NCBI GenBank assembly: GCA_037143275.1
Contig: JBAWZB010000004.1
Location: forward strand, 23,998 to 87,997
Direction of reading: 5' to 3'
DNA length: 64,000 nt
DNA from: Chitinophagia bacterium
GTDB lineage: Bacteria; Bacteroidota; Bacteroidia; Chitinophagales; Chitinophagaceae
Under the pieces are notes generated by a model. The model saw only the letters and a program-made list of their open reading frames with translations. It had not been told where the DNA came from and did no database searches. Positions within the stretch are counted from its first letter, which is position 1. Each line of letters starts with the position of its first letter. Shown here one piece after another: positions 38,585-49,237 of the stretch. A program made the translations under genes and the position numbers.

Positions 38585-40849
38585 ATGGAAAGTACAGATC
38601 AAAATTTATTGAATGCAGTTGTAACGCCTTACAACTTGACTGACGAGCAAGAGAAAAAAGAAATTGTTCGCCACTACCGTGCATTGCTAAGAACCTTAAG
38701 AACTAAGCTTAAAAAAGGGGATCGAGAATTACTAAGAACCGCATTCGAAATGGCTGCTGATGCACATAAAACAATGCGTCGTAAAAGTGGTGAGCCATAT
38801 ATCCTTCATCCCATTGCAGTCGCAATGATTGCTGCAGATGAAATAGGTTTAGGTGTTCGAAGTACCATTTGTGCTTTATTACATGATACAGTAGAGGATA
38901 CAGATATCACCTTAGATGATATCAAAAGAGAATTCGGAAATGAGATTGCAAAGATTGTAGATGGATTGACAAAGATTGCAACGGTAATGGATACCAATAG
39001 CAGTCAACAAGCCGAGAATTTCAAAAAAATCTTACTCACATTAACCGACGATCCTAGAGTTATCCTAATCAAACTTTCTGATAGGCTGCATAATATGCGC
39101 ACCATGGACTCGATGAAAAAAGAGAAGCAATTAAAAATTGCCTCTGAAACCATCTGGGTTTACGCTCCACTCGCTCATCGTATGGGCTTGTACAATATCA
39201 AGACCGAATTAGAGGATCTGGCCATGAAATATTTGGAACCTGATACCTACCATGAAATTGCTAAAAAATTAGCAGAAACAAAAAGAGAGCGAACTAAATA
39301 TATCAACGAGTTTGTACGACCACTAAAAGAAAAATTAAGTTTGACCGATTTACAATTTGATATTTTTGGTCGACCAAAAAGCATTCATTCTATTTGGCAT
39401 AAAATAAAAAAGAAAGGGGTAAGTTTTGAAGAAGTCTATGACCTATTTGCCATTCGAATCATTCTTGATGTCCCCTTAGAAAAAGAAAAAGAAGCATGTT
39501 GGAAAGTGTATTCTATCGTTACCGATGAATACCTACCCTCCCCTGAAAGATTAAGGGATTGGTTGAGCAACCCCAAGAGTAATGGCTACGAAGCATTGCA
39601 TACAACAGTGATGGGACCAGATGGGAAATGGGTAGAAGTTCAAATTCGAAGTAAAAGAATGAATGAAATTGCAGAAAAAGGTTTAGCAGCTCATTTTAAA
39701 TATAAGGAAGGGACTGTTCAAAGCGAAGATAGATTTGATAAATGGTTCATACAAATCAGAGAAGCTTTGAGTAGCCAAGAGGAAGAAGGCATTGACTTCT
39801 TACAAGACTTTAAAACCTCTTTTTTAGCAGAAGAAATTTACGTCTACACCCCAAAAGGTGAGGTGAAGATGTTGCCTGTCAATAGCTCTGCCCTTGATTT
39901 TGCTTTTTATATCCATACCGCTATTGGATCTAAATGTATTGGTGCAAAAGTCAATCACAAATTGGTACCCATTAGCCATACATTAAGAAGCGGGGATCAG
40001 ATAGAAATCATCACTAGTAACAAACAAAAACCTACGGAAGACTGGTTAAAAAATGTGGTCACTGCAAAGGCAAAAAATAGCATCAAAGATGCCTTAAGAG
40101 AAGAAAAGAAAATCATTTCAGAAGAAGGAAAATATACCCTTCAACGAAAACTAGAAGGAATTGGCGCCGTGTATACTCCTTATAACTTAGATCAACTGGT
40201 TAACTTTTATAAATTACCAAGTCAATTGGATTTATTATATAAAATTGCAACAAAATCGATTGACCTAAAGGAGCTTAAAAGCTTTCAATTGATTGGTGAT
40301 AAAATAGAAGCACCAAAGCCAATTGTGGCAGTAACAGATCCAAATGCAGAACCTCATATATACAAGCCACTCCCTAAAAAAGGGGATTCTGAATTAATCA
40401 TTTTTGGCGAATCAAGTGATAAGATTAAATACAATCTTGCAAAGTGTTGTAACCCAATACCTGGGGATGATGTATTTGGTTTTGTAAGCACTGGGAAAGG
40501 TTTAATCATACATAGAACCAACTGCCCGAATGCCACCCAGCTATTGGCCAATTATGGCCATCGAGTTGTTAAAACCAAGTGGGCAAAAAATAAAGAAATC
40601 TCTTTCCTTACAGGCCTTAGTATCATTGGATTGGATGATGTAGGGGTGGTCAATAAAATTACGACCATTATAAGTGGGGACCTCAAAATAAATATTGCTG
40701 CATTAACCATTGAATCTAAAGATGGCATGTTCGAAGGCACTATTAAGGTCTTTGTACATGATAAAGATGAGTTAGAGGAATTGGTTAACCGCATTCAAAC
40801 CCTCCATGGTATTCAAAAAGTGACCCGTTTTGATACTGACCTGATCTAA
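38585..40849 (+). CDS. rel: bifunctional (p)ppGpp synthetase/hydrolase, long RSH
   Basis: HD motifs (HP...LLHDTVED), synthetase GRPKS...NGYEALHT, and TGS, CC and ACT domains. Confidence 0.95.
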   Translation: MESTDQNLLNAVVTPYNLTDEQEKKEIVRHYRALLRTLRTKLKKGDRELLRTAFEMAADAHKTMRRKSGEPYILHPIAVAMIAADEIGLGVRSTICALLHDTVEDTDITLDDIKREFGNEIAKIVDGLTKIATVMDTNSSQQAENFKKILLTLTDDPRVILIKLSDRLHNMRTMDSMKKEKQLKIASETIWVYAPLAHRMGLYNIKTELEDLAMKYLEPDTYHEIAKKLAETKRERTKYINEFVRPLKEKLSLTDLQFDIFGRPKSIHSIWHKIKKKGVSFEEVYDLFAIRIILDVPLEKEKEACWKVYSIVTDEYLPSPERLRDWLSNPKSNGYEALHTTVMGPDGKWVEVQIRSKRMNEIAEKGLAAHFKYKEGTVQSEDRFDKWFIQIREALSSQEEEGIDFLQDFKTSFLAEEIYVYTPKGEVKMLPVNSSALDFAFYIHTAIGSKCIGAKVNHKLVPISHTLRSGDQIEIITSNKQKPTEDWLKNVVTAKAKNSIKDALREEKKIISEEGKYTLQRKLEGIGAVYTPYNLDQLVNFYKLPSQLDLLYKIATKSIDLKELKSFQLIGDKIEAPKPIVAVTDPNAEPHIYKPLPKKGDSELIIFGESSDKIKYNLAKCCNPIPGDDVFGFVSTGKGLIIHRTNCPNATQLLANYGHRVVKTKWAKNKEISFLTGLSIIGLDDVGVVNKITTIISGDLKINIAALTIESKDGMFEGTIKVFVHDKDELEELVNRIQTLHGIQKVTRFDTDLI

Positions 40850-40963
40850 AGTCAAGTAATCAACATGCCGAGAAAAATATGTGTGAAAACATTTGTTTTT
40901 ATTCTACGCTTAAATAGGTAATCCCCAATTCTCGACTTATTTTTGCTACTCAAATTCAAATTT

Positions 40964-42226
40964 ATGGTAGACGTAATTTTAGGACTTCAATGGGGTGATG
41001 AAGGTAAAGGGAAGATAGTGGATTATTTTGCACCCAACTATGATGTCATTGCTCGTTTTCAAGGTGGTCCAAATGCAGGCCACACTTTATATGTGAATGG
41101 TACTAAAATGGTCTTACACCAGATCCCATCTGGGATTTTCCACCAAGATAAAATCAATATCATTGGTAATGGTGTCGTACTTGACCCTGTGACTTTGAAA
41201 AAAGAATGTGATGCAGTGGCTAGCATGGGTATTGATGTGAAAAAAAATCTATTTATATCAGAGCGTACCAATATCATTATACCTAGTCATAGAGCTTTAG
41301 ACAAAGCATCTGAATTATCAAAGGGAGAAGCAAAAATTGGATCCACTTTAAAAGGAATTGGACCAGCTTATATGGATAAGACAGGCAGAAATGCATTAAG
41401 AGTAGGCGATTTGTTAGATAAAAAATTCATCAGCAAATACATTGCTTTAAGGATGAAGCATCAAAAGATTTTGGATAGCTACAACTTCAATGAAGATATT
41501 TCCGAAATGGAAACCGAATTTTTTGAAGCCATTGAGTTTTTAAAGTCAATGAATATTATTAATTGTGAATACTTTATCAATGATCAAATTAGTAAGGGTA
41601 AAAAAGTATTAGCAGAAGGTGCACAAGGTTCCATGTTAGATATTGACTTTGGTACTTTTCCATTTGTAACATCAAGCAATACCATTTCTGCTGGAGTTTG
41701 TACTGGTTTGGGCGTATCTCCAAAACAAATTGGCGAAGTCTTTGGTATTTCAAAAGCCTATTGTACCAGAGTGGGTAGCGGTCCCTTCCCTACAGAATTA
41801 CATGACGAAAAAGGGGAGGAACTAAGAAAGATTGGAAGTGAGTTTGGCGCTACAACAGGACGTCCTAGAAGATGTGGATGGATTGACTTAGTGGCATTGA
41901 AATACACATGCATGATCAATGGTGTAACACAAATTATCATGACCAAGGCAGATATTTTAGATTCATTTAAAGAATTGGAATTAGGTATCGCTTATGAAAT
42001 GGAAGGAAAGCAGATTGATTATGTGCCATTTCAATTGGTTGGCACACCAGTAACACCCATCTGGAAAAAAATGGCAGGCTGGGAAGTGGATACCACCAAG
42101 ATGAAAAACGATGCCGAACTGCCAGCTACAATGAAAACATATATCAAATTTATTAATGAATATTTAGGCGTACCGGTAAAGTATGTGTCGAATGGACCAG
42201 GTAGAGATCAAATTGTACATTTATAG
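40964..42226 (+). CDS. purA: adenylosuccinate synthase
   Basis: GLQWGDEGKGK, NAGHT and GATTGRPRRCGW. Start ATG 40964 (track 40943). Confidence 0.97.
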   Translation: MVDVILGLQWGDEGKGKIVDYFAPNYDVIARFQGGPNAGHTLYVNGTKMVLHQIPSGIFHQDKINIIGNGVVLDPVTLKKECDAVASMGIDVKKNLFISERTNIIIPSHRALDKASELSKGEAKIGSTLKGIGPAYMDKTGRNALRVGDLLDKKFISKYIALRMKHQKILDSYNFNEDISEMETEFFEAIEFLKSMNIINCEYFINDQISKGKKVLAEGAQGSMLDIDFGTFPFVTSSNTISAGVCTGLGVSPKQIGEVFGISKAYCTRVGSGPFPTELHDEKGEELRKIGSEFGATTGRPRRCGWIDLVALKYTCMINGVTQIIMTKADILDSFKELELGIAYEMEGKQIDYVPFQLVGTPVTPIWKKMAGWEVDTTKMKNDAELPATMKTYIKFINEYLGVPVKYVSNGPGRDQIVHL

Positions 42227-42313
42227 TCAAAAAAAATGAATAAAAAAAAGTCGCATTATTTTTGATAAATAAAATTTTCATTTGAAATTTACATAAATAT
42301 TTTTGATTGAGTT

Positions 42314-42664
42314 ATGGCAGTAAAATCTACAAAAGAGAAAAAGACAGCGACACCAAAAAATGGCGTAGTCAAAGCTGAAAAATCAAGCAAGACATCTTCA
42401 AAGAAAAATGATGATGACGAGGAAGAAGATGCGCATGCATCTGATGAAGACGACGATCTTGAAGAAACAGATGATTGGGGTAAGACAGAAGAAGAGGAAG
42501 ATAGTTGGGACCCTGACTTTGCTGAATTTGATTTACCTAAGACAACCAAGAAAGCTGGCAAATCTAAGAAAGGCGAGGATGAAACAGACGATTTAGATTT
42601 AGATTTGAACTTAGAAGAAGATGATCTATTTGAAGAGAAGGACGAATTTGATGACGATTTCTAA
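42314..42664 (+). CDS. highly acidic low-complexity hypothetical protein (116 aa)
   Basis: Clean ORF with a TATTTTTG box just upstream; a Lys-rich N-terminus is followed by D/E tracts. Confidence 0.75.
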   Translation: MAVKSTKEKKTATPKNGVVKAEKSSKTSSKKNDDDEEEDAHASDEDDDLEETDDWGKTEEEEDSWDPDFAEFDLPKTTKKAGKSKKGEDETDDLDLDLNLEEDDLFEEKDEFDDDF

Positions 42665-42684
42665 ATAACGATTGTGCTATTAGT

Positions 42685-43656
42685 TTAATCGTTATCCAGA
42701 TATAAAGATTGTATTGAGGCCTGTAAAATTTCATTTTTATGGGCCTCAAATATAATAGCCAATTGAGTAGGCAGTACAATTGAATAAACTTTTCCGCTAG
42801 ATAATTGCTGGTCCATATTTGGGTTCAATTCCTTTAAATACGCGATTGGCATTTTTAACCAAGTAGCAATTGTTTTGGTATTGAACCTTCCAGAAATTAC
42901 TATCTTTTCCAAGCCTTCCGATGCTTTCAATTTGTGAGTTAATTTGACCTCTTGTTTTGTTTCTAGCTCATTCATGGACACGCCCTCAAAGATGGCATGT
43001 GTAGCGATGAATTTTTTTACATGATTCCTGGTCTCTAATGGAAGTTCATATTGCAAGGCCCAAAAGTCTTTGGTTTTCTTTTTTTCAATGGCTTTACTAA
43101 GTCTTCCTGCACCACCATTGTAAGCAGCTACCACCAATAACCAATCTCCAAATTGTTGGTATAATTCTTTCAAAATAATTGCTGCAGCTTGCGTACTTTT
43201 TTGATAATCCATTCGCTCATCGTTAGGAAGCAGTTTGAGACCTAATCGGGTGGCTTCATCTGGCATAATTTGCCAAGGCCCTGCAGCACCTGCCCATGAA
43301 ACAACTTGAACACTAAGATGACTCTCAATCACACTTAAATATTTTAACTCCACGGGTATCCCATTGGCAGTTAAAATTTCATCGTATAAATTAAAATAGG
43401 GTTTTGCCCAGGTTTTCATCTTTCGCAATCCCTCGCCTTCTTTTTCGATATAGGATTGCACAAAGCTGATTGCTTTGGGATGCATTTCTATGACAAATGA
43501 TTTGTCTTTATTGGGCACTTGCTGAACTGTAAATAAGCTATTGAAGCCAATTCTATTTAAACTCAAGCTGTCTTGAGCAGCCATGTTGACAACACAACAA
43601 AGCAAGCAATATAGAGTAAGTATTGATCTCATAGGAATGCGGGTATACTTGCGCAT
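42685..43656 (-). CDS. lytic transglycosylase (SLT domain, MltD-like)
   Basis: VIES, AAGPWQIMP, AAYNGG and LPLETRNHV. Confidence 0.88.
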   Translation of the reverse strand: MRKYTRIPMRSILTLYCLLCCVVNMAAQDSLSLNRIGFNSLFTVQQVPNKDKSFVIEMHPKAISFVQSYIEKEGEGLRKMKTWAKPYFNLYDEILTANGIPVELKYLSVIESHLSVQVVSWAGAAGPWQIMPDEATRLGLKLLPNDERMDYQKSTQAAAIILKELYQQFGDWLLVVAAYNGGAGRLSKAIEKKKTKDFWALQYELPLETRNHVKKFIATHAIFEGVSMNELETKQEVKLTHKLKASEGLEKIVISGRFNTKTIATWLKMPIAYLKELNPNMDQQLSSGKVYSIVLPTQLAIIFEAHKNEILQASIQSLYLDND

Positions 43657-43726
43657 AGGTTGTTGCTCAGGTATAAAGTGACCTTGTCAGTTGATATCAA
43701 ATATTGTCAGCGAAAAAAATCGATGA

Positions 43727-43915
43727 TTAAGAAGCTTTCTCGTCCTTCTCTTTAATACCTTCTTCGATTTCTTTTTTCACGTTATTTTTAGCATCATTGA
43801 ATTCGCGGATTCCTTTACCTAATCCACGCATGAATTCAGGGATTTTTCTTCCACCAAACATCACTAAAATAACTATACCAATAATTAATAATTCTTGAAA
43901 TCCTAAGTTGCCCAT
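43727..43915 (-). CDS. tatA: twin-arginine translocase subunit TatA
   Basis: MGNLGFQELL...FGGRKIPEFMRGLGKGIREF. Start ATG 43915 (track 43957). Confidence 0.93.
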   Translation of the reverse strand: MGNLGFQELLIIGIVILVMFGGRKIPEFMRGLGKGIREFNDAKNNVKKEIEEGIKEKDEKAS

Positions 43916-43955
43916 AATGTATCGTTTAGAATGATAAAGGTAATGTAAATAGCAC

Positions 43956-43984
43956 AAAAAAAGGTCCTCAAATAGAGGACCTTT
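43956..43984 (-). terminator. intrinsic terminator after rplS
   Basis: Minus strand AAAGGTCCTC-TATTT-GAGGACCTTT running into a T tract. Confidence 0.85.
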
Positions 43985-44005
43985 ATATAATTTAACCTAT
44001 TAGGT

Positions 44006-44356
44006 TTAGAATCTTTTTTCTTTAATACGAGCGCTCTTTCCGCTTCTATCACGTAAGTAGTACAATTTAGCACGACGTACTTTACCTGACTTATTTAATA
44101 GAATACCATCGATATTAGGAGATAAGAACGGAAATAAACGCTCCACACCTACTCCATCAGAGATTTTACGAACGGTAAAAGTTGCAGTAGCTCCAGATCC
44201 TTGGGTTTTAATCACATCCCCACGGAAACTTTGGATACGCTCTTTACCACCCTCTACGATCTTGTAGTTTACGGTAATATTATCACCAGCTTTGAATGCT
44301 GGGTAAGATTTCTTTGCTGTTAATTGCTCGTGTACGAAGTTTACTGCTACGCTCAT
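44006..44356 (-). CDS. rplS: 50S ribosomal protein L19
   Basis: [18 protein letters not shown] and [10 protein letters not shown]; TACCTTTG box at 44386-44379. Confidence 0.97.
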   Translation of the reverse strand: MSVAVNFVHEQLTAKKSYPAFKAGDNITVNYKIVEGGKERIQSFRGDVIKTQGSGATATFTVRKISDGVGVERLFPFLSPNIDGILLNKSGKVRRAKLYYLRDRSGKSARIKEKRF

Positions 44357-44469
44357 AATTCATTTTTTTTGCGGAGGGCAAAGGTAGGGTTACCCATGCG
44401 ATTCTCCAAATTATTTGACCCAAATATTAAAATCCGTGCCTTTAGGGCCTATTTTTCCTCATTATACGC

Positions 44470-46035
44470 CTATCTAGCAATGTTTACAGCTCTCTTTTCA
44501 CGGATCACCGTTACTTTGATTTGACCAGGATAGGTCATCTCAGTCTGTATTTTTTGCGCAATTTCAAAGCTCAATTGATCAGATGATTGGTCTGTTACTT
44601 TTTCTGCTTCTACAATCACCCTTAATTCACGTCCAGCTTGGATCGCATAAGCTTTCTCAACACCTTGATAACCAAGTGCTAAGTTCTCTAGATCCTTGAT
44701 ACGTTGGATGTATTGTTGCATGATTTCACGTCTAGCACCTGGTCTTGCACCACTGATAGCGTCACAAGCCTGGATAATAGGAGAAATCACATAAAGCATT
44801 TCCATTTCATCATGGTGGGCGCCAATGGCATTCACCACCGCTGGATTTTCACCATATTTCTCGGCCAATTTAGCACCTAATAAGGCATGGCTCAATTCAG
44901 TTTCTTCATCTGGCACCTTACCAATATCGTGTAAAAGACCTGCTCTCTTAGCCAATTTTGGATTCAATCCTAATTCAGCTGCCATGATACCACATAAATT
45001 AGCAGTCTCACGAGAGTGCATCAATAAATTCTGTCCGTAAGAAGAACGGAAACGCATTTTACCAATGATACGAATCAACTCTTTATGTAATCCGTGGATT
45101 CCTAATTCAATCACAGTACGCTCTCCAATTTCAGCAATTTGTTCTTCTAATTGACGACGAGTTTTATCCACCACTTCCTCGATACGTGCAGGGTGGATAC
45201 GACCATCCGCAACCAATCTTTGTAAACTTAAACGTGCAATCTCTCTTCTTAATGGATCAAATGAAGACAATAAAATCGCTTCTGGCGTGTCATCCACAAT
45301 CAAGTCAACACCTGTTGCCGCTTCAATGGCACGGATATTACGACCTTCTCTACCAATGATCTGACCTTTCATTTCGTCTGACTCTAAATTGAACACCGTC
45401 ACTGTATTTTCAATGGCTACTTCGGCAGCAGTTCTTTGAATCGATTGTATGATAATTTTTCTAGCTTCTTTGTTGGCCTTTTGCTTTGCATCTTCAATAA
45501 TATCTTGTTGTAAAGACAAAGCTTGAGATTGCGCTTCGTTCTTTAAGCTCTCGATCAATTGTTGCTTCGCATCTTCGGCTGTCAGGTTTGCAATTTTTTC
45601 GAGACGACGAATATGCTCTTCTTGATGTTTCTCTAATTCCCCGCGCTTAATATTGACTAAATCAATTTCACGATTTAATTTTTCTTTAATCGCTTCGTTG
45701 TCGTTGATTTGTTTATCCAAAACAACTGCTTTTTGATTGATACTTAATTCGTGTTGCTTGATTCTGTTTTCAGCTTCGCCGATTTTCTTGTTCTTCTCTA
45801 ATAATTCACGATCATGATCGGCCTTCAATTGAACAAAACGCTCTTTGGCTTCTAACTGCTTTTCTTTTTTGATGGTCTCAGCCCTTAATTCAGCCTCTTT
45901 TAAAATATTAGCTGCTTGATTCTCTGCGTCTTCCACCTGCTTTTTGGTGTTCTTGGCGAAAGCAAAACGCCCTATGAGTAATCCGCCTATGCCAGCTCCT
46001 ACTCCGATGATCAATAATAATATGGTTTGGTCCAT
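44470..46035 (-). CDS. rny: ribonuclease Y
   Basis: N-terminal TM segment, coiled coil, KH domain ([12 protein letters not shown]) and HD domain (LLHDIGK). Confidence 0.97.
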   Translation of the reverse strand: MDQTILLLIIGVGAGIGGLLIGRFAFAKNTKKQVEDAENQAANILKEAELRAETIKKEKQLEAKERFVQLKADHDRELLEKNKKIGEAENRIKQHELSINQKAVVLDKQINDNEAIKEKLNREIDLVNIKRGELEKHQEEHIRRLEKIANLTAEDAKQQLIESLKNEAQSQALSLQQDIIEDAKQKANKEARKIIIQSIQRTAAEVAIENTVTVFNLESDEMKGQIIGREGRNIRAIEAATGVDLIVDDTPEAILLSSFDPLRREIARLSLQRLVADGRIHPARIEEVVDKTRRQLEEQIAEIGERTVIELGIHGLHKELIRIIGKMRFRSSYGQNLLMHSRETANLCGIMAAELGLNPKLAKRAGLLHDIGKVPDEETELSHALLGAKLAEKYGENPAVVNAIGAHHDEMEMLYVISPIIQACDAISGARPGARREIMQQYIQRIKDLENLALGYQGVEKAYAIQAGRELRVIVEAEKVTDQSSDQLSFEIAQKIQTEMTYPGQIKVTVIREKRAVNIAR

Positions 46036-46144
46036 TGTTTAATCTTGTTGTGTTAAAAAAAAATCACCCTACATCTCCACTAAGGTTCGGTCACGAAGAT
46101 AAACAATTAATGTAAAGATTGGTCCGAATAGACCCAATAATGTG
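46036..46144 (-). ncRNA. structured zapA-rny spacer; possible reduced 6S RNA (weak)
   Basis: Syntenic position, partial stems and a terminal T9; shorter than canonical 6S RNA. Confidence 0.25.
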
Positions 46145-46468
46145 CTATAAGTTGGTATTTATGAGCGCTTTGTCAATGGATGCAGACATGCTATCAATTT
46201 GGGCCTGTATCGCATCTAATTCATAGAGGTTTTGGCCATTCTGCTGCTGCTCTGTGGTAAACCACAATAAAACCATCGATATATAATCCTGGGTATCGCT
46301 GCCTGCATAGAGCGTTTTATATTCCACCATCTTTTGGTTGATCAAGGCAGCGGTTTTTCGCACAGCCTCCTCATCCTTAGGGCTAATTTTTACCCTATAA
46401 TTCCTATCTGCAATCAAAATATTGACAGGGATGAGGTTTTCTGGGGTATCGTTCAAATTGTCAGACAT
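46145..46468 (-). CDS. zapA: cell division protein ZapA
   Basis: IADRNYRVKI...EEAVRKTAALIN...QDYISM. Start ATG 46468 (track 46495). Confidence 0.85.
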   Translation of the reverse strand: MSDNLNDTPENLIPVNILIADRNYRVKISPKDEEAVRKTAALINQKMVEYKTLYAGSDTQDYISMVLLWFTTEQQQNGQNLYELDAIQAQIDSMSASIDKALINTNL

Positions 46469-46470
46469 GA

Positions 46471-46761
46471 TTAAGGATTCAAGTTTTGAATACAATGATC
46501 GATTTCTTTGATAAAATCATCAATTTTCTTGTTCAAAGCTGCTTTTTCTGCAGGATCCATTTGTTGTGCTGGACGCATCTGCGCAGTAATCAAGGCAGCT
46601 TGCTCATTTTTAAGTTCATTTTCAAGTTGTCCAATGACCTTCTGTTGCTCCTCCAAACTGCCCTTTAGTTGATGGTTTTCTTTCTCTAAGGCAAGTTGTC
46701 GCTTGAGCAAAGTTTGCAATTTTTCTTGGAGGCCTAATAAAGCGGTCTGTAAATCAGACAT
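46471..46761 (-). CDS. coiled-coil protein, ZapB-like
   Basis: All-helical heptad pattern ending IKEIDHCI; lies between pheT and zapA. Confidence 0.7.
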   Translation of the reverse strand: MSDLQTALLGLQEKLQTLLKRQLALEKENHQLKGSLEEQQKVIGQLENELKNEQAALITAQMRPAQQMDPAEKAALNKKIDDFIKEIDHCIQNLNP

Positions 46762-46788
46762 GGAACTTTGTTTATGACTTGAAATTAA

Positions 46789-49197
46789 TTATTTTCTGAT
46801 TGCGGCTTGAATATTTTTTTCAAATGCTGCAATTAATTTTTGCATCATCCCGTCAATTGCTGTATCCGTTAAAGTAGCGGAACCAGCGTTGAATACAAAA
46901 TTAATCGCCACGGATTTTTTATTGAGGCCCAATTTATCGCTCTCAAAAATATCAAATACACGGGTCTCTTTTAAGGCATCTAACTGCACTGTTTTAATGG
47001 CTTGTTCAATTGCAGCATAAGCCACGGTTTGATCTATCACCAAGGCAAGGTCTCTTTCGACAGATGGATATTTAGAAATCTCTTGGTATTTGACTGTGCC
47101 AGACTGATAGGCATTGAATAGGGAAGTTAAATTAAAATTTAAATAAGCAACCGCTTGTTTAATATCGAACTGTGCTAATTTTTTACTGCCTACTAATTCA
47201 ATGGTTCCAAGAACGGTCTTCCCTGCAATGACTTCAAACTGTCCCTGACCAATTGGATTGTAATTGATTTTTTTCAACCCTAATAATTCACAAAGCGCTG
47301 AGGCAAGTCCTTTAAGCACAAAGAAATCCTGCTCTGCTGCTTTTGACCTCCAACTATCTTGCAATTGCTTACCAGAAAGATAGATGGCTAAAACTTCTTG
47401 TTCCTGATATTTTCCTGCAGCAGTCTTAGCATAAATTTTGCCCATTTCAAAGAAAGAGAGGGACTCGTTTTTTCTGTTGTTATTGTAGGCGATTGTTTCT
47501 AAACCCGTCTCCAACATGGTTGGGCGCATCACATCTAAATCGGCACTTAAACTGTTCAACATTTTAACTGTCGTCTCTAATTGTGCTTCTGTAAAATATT
47601 TACTGTTGGTAATAGAATTGGTTAAAATTTCTGTGTAACCACGACCTACTAAATAATTGGCAATTTTATTTTTAAACTGCTCTTTAGTTTCTAGTAAATC
47701 TACAGAAGGACTGATGGTGATAGCGGTAGGTATCTCAATATTATCTAAGCCATCTATGCGTAAAATTTCTTCTACCAAATCGGCTGCAATACTTATGTCA
47801 GGCTTATTATAAGGCACTGCCACTTGAATGCTTTCCGTATCTTGTTGCAATAACTCAAATCCTAAACTAATTAAAATGGCAACTGCTTTATCTGCTGCAT
47901 ATTGCTTCCCACTTAATTTTTTTAAGTAGGCAAATGTCATAGCCACTTTTACTTTCTCTGCAGGACTCGGATACACATCCACCACTGAACTACATGTACC
48001 TCCAGCAATTTCTTGCATCATTGCTGCTGCTTGCTCTAAAACTTTAACAGTATTTGCTATGTCTACACCTTTTTCGAAACGCGTTGCTGCATCTGTTCTC
48101 AAGCCATGGTGCACAGATGTTTTACGAATATGTACATTTTCAAACCAAGCACTTTCTAAAAAGATTGAAGTAGTTGACGCACCCACCCCACTGTGTAATC
48201 CACCAAAAACACCAGCAATACATAAAGGCTTTTCGGTATCACAAATCATTAAATCCTGCGACGTTAATTTTCTTTCTTTTTCATCCAATGTGGTAAATAA
48301 ACTTTCTTGCGTACATTTTTTTACTACAATCTTTTTGCCATGAATTTTTGCTGCATCAAAAGCATGCAATGGTTGTCCAGTGGCATGTAAAATGAAATTG
48401 GTGATGTCTACAATATTATTAATAGAACGTGCGCCAATAGCTTGTAGTTTATTTTTTAACCATACAGGAGAAGGCCCAACTTTTACCCCTTCAATTAAAA
48501 TGCCACTATACCTTGCACAGGCTTCTGGATTTTCAATCACTACATCAAAAGGCGCCATACCTGTCTGAATGATAGGTGTTTGCGTCAATGGACTTATTGG
48601 TTCTGCTTTTGTTGCATGATACGTTAAATAAGCACAGACATCTTTTGCGACACCATAATGACTCATCGCATCCATCCTATTTGGCGTCAACCCTATTTCA
48701 TAAATCCAATCCTGATAATAATCATATAAATCTGCAACAGCAGTGCCCACTTGGATGGCTGCATCTAAGACCATGATGCCCCCATGGTCATCACTTAAAC
48801 CAATTTCATCTTCCGCACAAATCATCCCTTCACTTTCTTCGCCTCTAATCTTAGCTAATTTCATGGTGATTGGTTCGCCTGCTTTTGGATAGATGGTGGT
48901 TCCAACTTGAGCCACGACCACTTTTTGGCCAACAGCCACATTGGATGCGCCACAAACAATATTCAATGGTCGGTCTCCACCAACAGCCACTTTAGTCAGT
49001 TTTAATTTATCTGCATTGGGGTGTTGAACTAGTTCAAGCACTTCTCCAACTACCAATCCTTGAAGGCCTCCTTTAAAATTTTCATACATTTCTAAGGATT
49101 CCACTTCTAAGCCTATAGATGTCAATATGGTAGATAAATCTTCTTTGGGAATTGGAGCTGGTAAATATTCACACAGCCAGCGATAACTAATGGTCAT
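46789..49197 (-). CDS. pheT: phenylalanine--tRNA ligase beta subunit
   Basis: HPNADKL, IRGEESEGMIC, TPNRMD, RFEKGVD and FDX-ACB domain YPSVERDLA. Confidence 0.97.
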   Translation of the reverse strand: MTISYRWLCEYLPAPIPKEDLSTILTSIGLEVESLEMYENFKGGLQGLVVGEVLELVQHPNADKLKLTKVAVGGDRPLNIVCGASNVAVGQKVVVAQVGTTIYPKAGEPITMKLAKIRGEESEGMICAEDEIGLSDDHGGIMVLDAAIQVGTAVADLYDYYQDWIYEIGLTPNRMDAMSHYGVAKDVCAYLTYHATKAEPISPLTQTPIIQTGMAPFDVVIENPEACARYSGILIEGVKVGPSPVWLKNKLQAIGARSINNIVDITNFILHATGQPLHAFDAAKIHGKKIVVKKCTQESLFTTLDEKERKLTSQDLMICDTEKPLCIAGVFGGLHSGVGASTTSIFLESAWFENVHIRKTSVHHGLRTDAATRFEKGVDIANTVKVLEQAAAMMQEIAGGTCSSVVDVYPSPAEKVKVAMTFAYLKKLSGKQYAADKAVAILISLGFELLQQDTESIQVAVPYNKPDISIAADLVEEILRIDGLDNIEIPTAITISPSVDLLETKEQFKNKIANYLVGRGYTEILTNSITNSKYFTEAQLETTVKMLNSLSADLDVMRPTMLETGLETIAYNNNRKNESLSFFEMGKIYAKTAAGKYQEQEVLAIYLSGKQLQDSWRSKAAEQDFFVLKGLASALCELLGLKKINYNPIGQGQFEVIAGKTVLGTIELVGSKKLAQFDIKQAVAYLNFNLTSLFNAYQSGTVKYQEISKYPSVERDLALVIDQTVAYAAIEQAIKTVQLDALKETRVFDIFESDKLGLNKKSVAINFVFNAGSATLTDTAIDGMMQKLIAAFEKNIQAAIRK

Positions 49198-49237
49198 GAT
49201 GCTTCTTTAAGGTATGTTTCAAAAATACAATTTTATG

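Noticed and set aside
42289-42561. Ser-rich 90-aa minus-strand ORF
   Set aside because: It is the mirror of the GAA/GAT-rich acidic gene; the poly-Ser is simply the reverse complement of Glu/Asp codons.
44443-44454. 12-mer TAGGGCCTATTT shared with 35205-35216, both shortly after minus-strand stop codons
   Set aside because: There are only two copies, and my rough estimate is that about one such match is expected by chance among the intergenic DNA. It is not supportable as a REP-like family without a genome-wide count.
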